Source: Leptolyngbya sp. PCC 6406 (GTDB lineage Bacteria; Cyanobacteriota; Cyanobacteriia; Phormidesmidales; Phormidesmidaceae). From it: DNA of 24,000 nt. Below are positions 17,522 through 22,123 of this stretch, in pieces. The notes under the pieces are model-generated. The model ran no database searches, was not told where the DNA came from, and was given only the letters and a program-made list of their open reading frames with translations. The stretch covers positions 2,682,205-2,706,204 of the forward strand of contig NZ_KI913949.1 in assembly GCF_000332095.2 (NCBI RefSeq), written 5' to 3'. How positions within the stretch are numbered: the stretch's first letter is position 1; each line of letters begins with the position of its first letter. A program made the translations under genes and the position numbers.

Positions 17522-17647
17522 TTCTACAACAAGCAGCACAAGCCGTTAAGGGATCTGAAAACGGTGATTGAGGAGATTTTGGTGTTGGAGGAGAAGACGG
17601 AAGGGTTGTTGAAGCAGTTGGTGAGCTTTGAAAATTCGGGTGTTTAG
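17522..17647 (+). pseudogene. Remnant copy of the hsdM 3' end (last ~41 codons plus stop)
   Basis: 17534-17630 aligns to 16576-16672 with about 10 mismatches in 97 nt. In frame it reads FYNKQHKPLRDLKTVIEEILVLEEKTEGLLKQLVSFENSGV*, against YQHKPLRKLETVVEEILALEEKTEGLLKRLVSFGMVADG* in the intact gene. Confidence 0.8.
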
Positions 17648-17698
17648 GGATGGAGGGAAAACGATTTTTCTGCTCGTATTTAGGAGAGGAACAGTGAT

Positions 17699-18022
17699 AT
17701 GGACAAAAACTTAACCTTTCGCTACGACCGCGTGGGAGACATCCTCTATATCGATCTGTGCCCTCCCTATGCGGAGCAGGAGTCTGAGGAAATCGGGGAT
17801 GAAATTATTGCCCGGTTCAACCCAGAGTCAAATGCGATAGAAAATTTAGAGATTTTGTTTTTCTCGCAACGCTTTGCTGATAAGCCGTTATTTGAGTTGC
17901 CAATCTTAGCTGATTTCAAGTTGGCGAGTCAAGTTTCAAAGCCCTGCCTGATATCGCAGTTACGCCGAGGGGAAGTTGCTGCCAATCCTGATCTATTCAC
18001 AAACCACGATCGCCCGTTTTGA
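17699..18022 (+). CDS. DUF2283-like small protein
   Basis: The N-terminal pattern (FRYDRVGDILYIDL...SEEIGDEIIARFNPESNAIENLEILFFSQR) matches the DUF2283 fold signature. An RBS-like aggagagg lies upstream. Confidence 0.65.
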   Translation: MDKNLTFRYDRVGDILYIDLCPPYAEQESEEIGDEIIARFNPESNAIENLEILFFSQRFADKPLFELPILADFKLASQVSKPCLISQLRRGEVAANPDLFTNHDRPF

Positions 18023-18025
18023 ATA

Positions 18026-18271
18026 ATGCCCACAGTTTTAAGAATTGGTGCCTATCGTTTTTATTTTTACAGTCATGAACCCAACGAACCACCCCATGTG
18101 CATGTTGATCGTGATGCGTCATCCGTCAAGTTTTGGTTAGAGCCAGTGAGTTTAGCGAAAAACCTAGGATTTAGCGCAAAAGAGTTGCGCAAGCTAGGAG
18201 GGTTGGTTCAAGAGCATCAAGCAGAATTATTGGAGGCGTGGCATGGCTACTTTGGCAATTCAAACGGATGA
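18026..18271 (+). CDS. DUF4160 domain protein
   Basis: MPTVLRIGAYRFYFYSHEPNEPPHVHVDRD...FSAKELRKL...LLEAWHGYF is the characteristic DUF4160 N-terminus, with the PPHVHV motif. Confidence 0.85.
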   Translation: MPTVLRIGAYRFYFYSHEPNEPPHVHVDRDASSVKFWLEPVSLAKNLGFSAKELRKLGGLVQEHQAELLEAWHGYFGNSNG

Positions 18272-18515
18272 GCGGGTGAAGGCGGTGAGTTTCACGGAGG
18301 ATGCCATCAGCGTAGGGCTAATGGATGGGCGCATCATTACGGTGCCGCTGGTGTGGTATCCGCGCTTGCTGCACGCTACACCAGAGCAGCGGAAAGGCTG
18401 GGAAATTTGTGGTGGTGGCTATGGGTTGCACTGGGAAGCGATTGATGAAGACCTGAGCACGGAAGGAATGCTGCGGGGTGCGCCTGCGCCCGGTGCGGTG
18501 GGGGAGGTGGAGTGA
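18243..18515 (+). CDS. DUF2442 domain protein
   Basis: VKAVSFTEDAISVGLMDGRIITVPLVWYPRLLHATPEQRKGWEICGGGYGLHWEAIDEDLSTEGML is a typical DUF2442 sequence. It overlaps DUF4160 by 29 nt, and its TGA shares one base with the hsdS ATG. Confidence 0.8.
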   Translation: MATLAIQTDERVKAVSFTEDAISVGLMDGRIITVPLVWYPRLLHATPEQRKGWEICGGGYGLHWEAIDEDLSTEGMLRGAPAPGAVGEVE

Positions 18516-19822
18516 TGCCGACGTTTCCAAGGTATGAGAGTTACAAGGATAGCGGGGTTGAGTGGTTGGGAGAGATTCCGAATCATTGGAATTTTCACAA
18601 ATTAAAGCATATTGCTAAAGTTCGGTTAAGCAATGTAGACAAGCACTCAAGAGCTAATGAGCTTCCAGTCAAACTTTGTAACTACACCGATGTCTATTAT
18701 AGGAACTTTATTACCAGTGAAATTTCTTTCATGGAGGCTACTGCTACGGAAGAGCAGGTTCGTAGTTTTGCTCTAGAAAAAGGTGATGTTCTGATCACAA
18801 AAGACTCAGAATCATTCGACGATATTGCAGTTCCTGCATATGTTCCTGAAACACTGGCAAACACTATATGCGGCTATCATCTGGCACATATAAAACCGAC
18901 TTATATGGAGGGTAGCTATCTATTTAGAGCTTTTCAAGCCGAAGGAATTTCGTCACAGTTTAGAGTGTCTGCCAATGGAATAACAAGGTTTGGAATCGGC
19001 AAAAGTGCAATTAATGATGCAATTTTCCCACTTCCTCCCGTTGAAGAACAGAAGCGGATTGTTGAGTTTTTAGATCGCACTACCACCGAGATAGACCGTG
19101 CCATTTCCCAAAAACAACGCCTCATCGAACTCCTGCAAGAACAAAAAGCGATCGTCATCAATCAAGCCGTTACCCAAGGGCTAAACCCAAAAGCATCAAT
19201 GCGTGATAGTGGCCTCAATTGGCTGGGGTCGATTCCTCCGCATTGGGATGTCCGGCGAGCCAAGTTTCTCTTTAGAGAAGTAGATGAGCGTTCTCAGACT
19301 GGAACTGAAGAACTGCTCTCTGTTTCTCATATGACGGGAGTAACACCGCGATCAGAGAAGAACGTTTACATGTTCATGGCAGAAGACTACACAGGTTCCA
19401 AACTCTGCCGAAAAGACGACTTAGTTATCAATATTATGTGGGCCTGGATGGGTGCATTAGGCGTTTCAGACCGAATTGGAATTGTCAGTCCCTCCTACGG
19501 AGTCTTCAGGCAGATGGAGCCAGACACCTTTAATTCTTGGTATCTAGAGCATCTATTACGCAGCACGGAGTATGTTGCTCAATACAACAGAATCTCAACA
19601 GGCTTGCATTCATCTAGACTTCGGCTCTATGCCCATATGTTCTTAGGTATGGAAATCCTCTTGCCACCTAAGAAAGAGCAGGATCGGATTACATCAGTAA
19701 CTCTTGAAAGAACGCGGCAAATTGACGAAGCCATTAACTCTATTGAGTCTGAAATAACCACTCTAGGAGACCTTCGCTCAATCCTTATCTCCAAAGCCGT
19801 AACTGGAAAAATAAAAGTCTGA
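18515..19822 (+). CDS. hsdS: Type I restriction-modification specificity subunit HsdS (two target-recognition domains)
   Basis: The motif WLGEIPNHWNF...(TRD1) is followed by the central conserved helix EEQKRIVEFLDRTTTEIDRAISQKQRLIELLQEQKAIVINQAVTQGLNP. A second WLGSIPPHWDV...(TRD2) is followed by EQDRITS...LGDLRSILISKAVTGKIKV. The ORF track starts at GTG 18512, but ATG 18515 is more likely. Confidence 0.93.
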   Translation: MPTFPRYESYKDSGVEWLGEIPNHWNFHKLKHIAKVRLSNVDKHSRANELPVKLCNYTDVYYRNFITSEISFMEATATEEQVRSFALEKGDVLITKDSESFDDIAVPAYVPETLANTICGYHLAHIKPTYMEGSYLFRAFQAEGISSQFRVSANGITRFGIGKSAINDAIFPLPPVEEQKRIVEFLDRTTTEIDRAISQKQRLIELLQEQKAIVINQAVTQGLNPKASMRDSGLNWLGSIPPHWDVRRAKFLFREVDERSQTGTEELLSVSHMTGVTPRSEKNVYMFMAEDYTGSKLCRKDDLVINIMWAWMGALGVSDRIGIVSPSYGVFRQMEPDTFNSWYLEHLLRSTEYVAQYNRISTGLHSSRLRLYAHMFLGMEILLPPKKEQDRITSVTLERTRQIDEAINSIESEITTLGDLRSILISKAVTGKIKV

Positions 19823-19832
19823 GGGCGAAATT

Positions 19833-19886
19833 ATGGTCAATCAAACCAATCAAGACATTCCCCTCACCGCTGTTAGAAGAAAATAG
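19833..19886 (+). other. 17-codon mini-ORF resembling the hsdR 5' leader (probable scar of the original hsdS-hsdR junction)
   Basis: ATGGTCAATCAAACCAATCAAGAC... (MVNQTNQDIPLTAVRRK*) starts 10 nt after the hsdS stop. Compare hsdR ATGGTCAGCAAAACCAATGAACGA (MVSKTNERAL) and the MNT gene ATGATCAGCCAAACCAACGAACAA (MISQTNEQALTAV). Confidence 0.45.
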
Positions 19887-19898
19887 GAGGAAACCCTG

Positions 19899-20159
19899 AT
19901 GGTCAATTCATCTCTGGATACCCAAGTTCGCTATGTCACCAACGCCGCTGGCAAAACCACCGATGTGTTGGTGCCCCTGGAATTGTGGCAACAGCTCATT
20001 CACGCCCTGCAAGATCCTGATAGTGGTCTGGCCTGGATCGATGAGCACGAACCCAACGCGAAAATTCTGGCAGATTTGCAAACCTCGCTTCAACAAGCTG
20101 CCGCAGGGCAGACCTTTCCGGTTGCTCAGCTTTGGGATGATTTGGATGACGAGCCATGA
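19899..20159 (+). CDS. Putative type II antitoxin (partner of the downstream RelE/ParE toxin)
   Basis: An 86-aa acidic protein. Its N-terminal beta-strand/helix pattern (VRYVTNAAGKTTDVLVPLELWQQLIHAL) is common in cyanobacterial antitoxins. It has a 4-nt ATGA overlap with the toxin gene. Confidence 0.6.
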   Translation: MVNSSLDTQVRYVTNAAGKTTDVLVPLELWQQLIHALQDPDSGLAWIDEHEPNAKILADLQTSLQQAAAGQTFPVAQLWDDLDDEP

Positions 20160-20491
20160 CGAACGTTCGATTTACGTCGAGTTTTAAGCGTCGTCTCAAA
20201 GGGCTTAAAAAACGCTATCGTCAAGTTCAAGCCGATCTACAGCCGATTATTCGAGAACTCGAACAAGGCCACCTCATTGGTGATCAAGTTTCTGGAGCCA
20301 CTTCTACAGTTTTCAAAGTACGTGCCAAGAATAGCGATATTCCCACAGGCAAAAGTGGCGGGTATCGGATTATCTACCAGGTGCTTTCTCCCGAAAACAT
20401 TCTGCTGCTGCTCGTTTATGCTAAATCCGACCAGGCCGATGTCAGTATGGGAGAGATCGAAACTGCTATTGCCAAAGCTCTAGAAGAGTGA
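20156..20491 (+). CDS. RelE/ParE-superfamily type II toxin
   Basis: Contains FTSSFKRRLKGLKKRY...VFKVRAKNSDIPTGKSGGYRIIYQV...ILLLLVYAKSDQADVS, the characteristic RelE/ParE (Gp49/HigB-like) core. Confidence 0.85.
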   Translation: MTNVRFTSSFKRRLKGLKKRYRQVQADLQPIIRELEQGHLIGDQVSGATSTVFKVRAKNSDIPTGKSGGYRIIYQVLSPENILLLLVYAKSDQADVSMGEIETAIAKALEE

Positions 20492-20498
20492 AGAACCT

Positions 20499-20816
20499 AT
20501 GATCAGCCAAACCAACGAACAAGCCCTTACTGCTGTAATGGTTCTCCAAACCTTGCGATCGCAGCCCAACCTGTTCACCCAATTCAAAATCAAAACCCTC
20601 GCCCTCTTCGGCTCCACCGCCCGCAACGAAGCCACCGACACCAGCGACCTCGATTTTTTGGTGGAATTTGAAGGATCTACCACCTTCGACCTCTATATGG
20701 ATCTGAAATTTTTCCTGGAAGACCTGTTTGAGAAAAACGTCGATTTAGTCACCAAGGGTTCTCTCAAGCCGCAGATTGCCGACATCGTGCTAGCGGAGGC
20801 GATCAATGTCGCCTAA
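20499..20816 (+). CDS. Minimal nucleotidyltransferase (MNT, DNA polymerase beta-like; antitoxin half of HEPN/MNT modules)
   Basis: Carries the LALFGSTARNEATDTSDLDFLVEF motif (GS...DxD). The first 13 codons resemble the hsdR leader. The native start may be ATG 20538 (MVLQTL...). Confidence 0.85.
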   Translation: MISQTNEQALTAVMVLQTLRSQPNLFTQFKIKTLALFGSTARNEATDTSDLDFLVEFEGSTTFDLYMDLKFFLEDLFEKNVDLVTKGSLKPQIADIVLAEAINVA

Positions 20817-20849
20817 ACTGACGCTTTACCTCAATAACATCCTCAAATG
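20805..20849 (+). pseudogene. Possible remnant of the cognate HEPN/DUF86 gene (14 codons)
   Basis: An ATG overlaps the MNT 3' end, as is typical for MNT-HEPN pairs. It reads MSPKLTLYLNNILK*, resembling the DUF86 N-terminal ..YL.DIL.. pattern, and then terminates. No intact HEPN ORF follows. Confidence 0.3.
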
Positions 20850-20916
20850 AACAAGCCTTGGCAAGACATATCGAGCAGTCCGACTAAGATAGAAACACCG
20901 TAGGAAAGGCCAGCCG

Positions 20917-21522
20917 ATGGTTCAACTCCAGCCCGAACGACTCAAGCCCCCCTCCCCAGACCAGCGCATTGTCCACTCCGGCATTACCTGGCAGCAATTC
21001 AAGCTGATTCAGTCGGGCTTTGGCGATACCCGCAACGTGCGCCTGTTTTACTACAACACCACCGTCGAAATCATCATGCCGGGGCGCGATCACGAATTTT
21101 TCAAATCCATTATTGGCTTTCTACTAGAGCTCTTTTGTCTAGAAACAGGCACCGAATTTGAACCCCTGGGCTCCACCACCCAAGAGCGAGAAGGCGAAGC
21201 CTCCGCCGAACCGGATGAGTCCTACTGTTTTGGCGCATCTAAGCCCACCCCCGATTTAGTCCTTGAAGTGATTGTTACCAGCGGTAGCATCAAGAAACTG
21301 AACCTCTATCAAGTGTTGAACATCCCCGAAGTTTGGTTTTGGGAAGATGGCGTGTTCAGCCTCTATCGGCTGCGAAGTTCCGAATATGAGGCAATCAGCC
21401 AAAGCGAAATTCCAGAACTGGAAACACTGGATATTGAACTGCTCACCCGCTGCGTGTTGATTGCCGAAACTTCCCGCCTTGATGCCGCTAATATCTTCCG
21501 CAATGCACTGAAGTCTAAATGA
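20917..21522 (+). CDS. Uma2-family (DUF820) putative endonuclease, copy 1
   Basis: Contains VRLFYYNTTVEIIMPGRDHEF...EPDESY...PDLVLEVIVTSGS...YQVLNIPEVWFWEDG, which is Uma2 / PD-(D/E)xK-like architecture. Confidence 0.85.
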   Translation: MVQLQPERLKPPSPDQRIVHSGITWQQFKLIQSGFGDTRNVRLFYYNTTVEIIMPGRDHEFFKSIIGFLLELFCLETGTEFEPLGSTTQEREGEASAEPDESYCFGASKPTPDLVLEVIVTSGSIKKLNLYQVLNIPEVWFWEDGVFSLYRLRSSEYEAISQSEIPELETLDIELLTRCVLIAETSRLDAANIFRNALKSK

Positions 21523-21557
21523 TCCCCTGCTCTATTAAGTTTTGAGGCTGGTTTGCC

Positions 21558-22109
21558 ATGACCGTCACCCCCTACAAATGGACATTGGATCGCTACCATC
21601 AAGCGATTGATGCAGGTTTGTTTGACGACCAACCCATAGAGCTACTCCGGGGAGACCTCATCGTTACGCCGCCAGAGGGAAAACTCCATGCCTACTACAA
21701 CAGTGAAGTAGGGGACTATTTGCGGGCACTGCTGGGCAGTCGAGGTAAAATCCGTGAAGCTCATCCCATTACCCTCCCAAACGACTCCGAGCCCATTCCT
21801 GACCTAGCAATTGTGAAGCCCCTAGGGGCGGTATACCTAGAGCATCACCCCTACCCTGGCGATATTTTCTGGCTGATCGAATTTTCCAAAGCCACCCTTA
21901 GCCCAGATCTCACCGTCAAGCGTGCGATTTATGCCGAAGCGGGGATTCCTGAATATTGGGTAGTGAATCTGAACCACAAAGAACTGAACGTCTTCCGAGA
22001 CCTAGACAACGGTCACTACACCATTGAAGAGACCTACACCACAGGCCATGTTTCTCCCTGTGCGTTTACCAACATTGAAATTTCTGTGCAACGCCTGATG
22101 AATCCCTAG
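21558..22109 (+). CDS. Uma2-family (DUF820) putative endonuclease, copy 2
   Basis: Contains YKWTLDRYHQAIDAGLFDDQPIELLRGDLIVTPPEG..H......IPDLAIV...LIEFSKATLSPDLTVKRAIYAEAGIPEYWVVNL, the canonical Uma2 sequence. Confidence 0.88.
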   Translation: MTVTPYKWTLDRYHQAIDAGLFDDQPIELLRGDLIVTPPEGKLHAYYNSEVGDYLRALLGSRGKIREAHPITLPNDSEPIPDLAIVKPLGAVYLEHHPYPGDIFWLIEFSKATLSPDLTVKRAIYAEAGIPEYWVVNLNHKELNVFRDLDNGHYTIEETYTTGHVSPCAFTNIEISVQRLMNP

Positions 22110-22123
22110 TCGAGATCAGCCCT

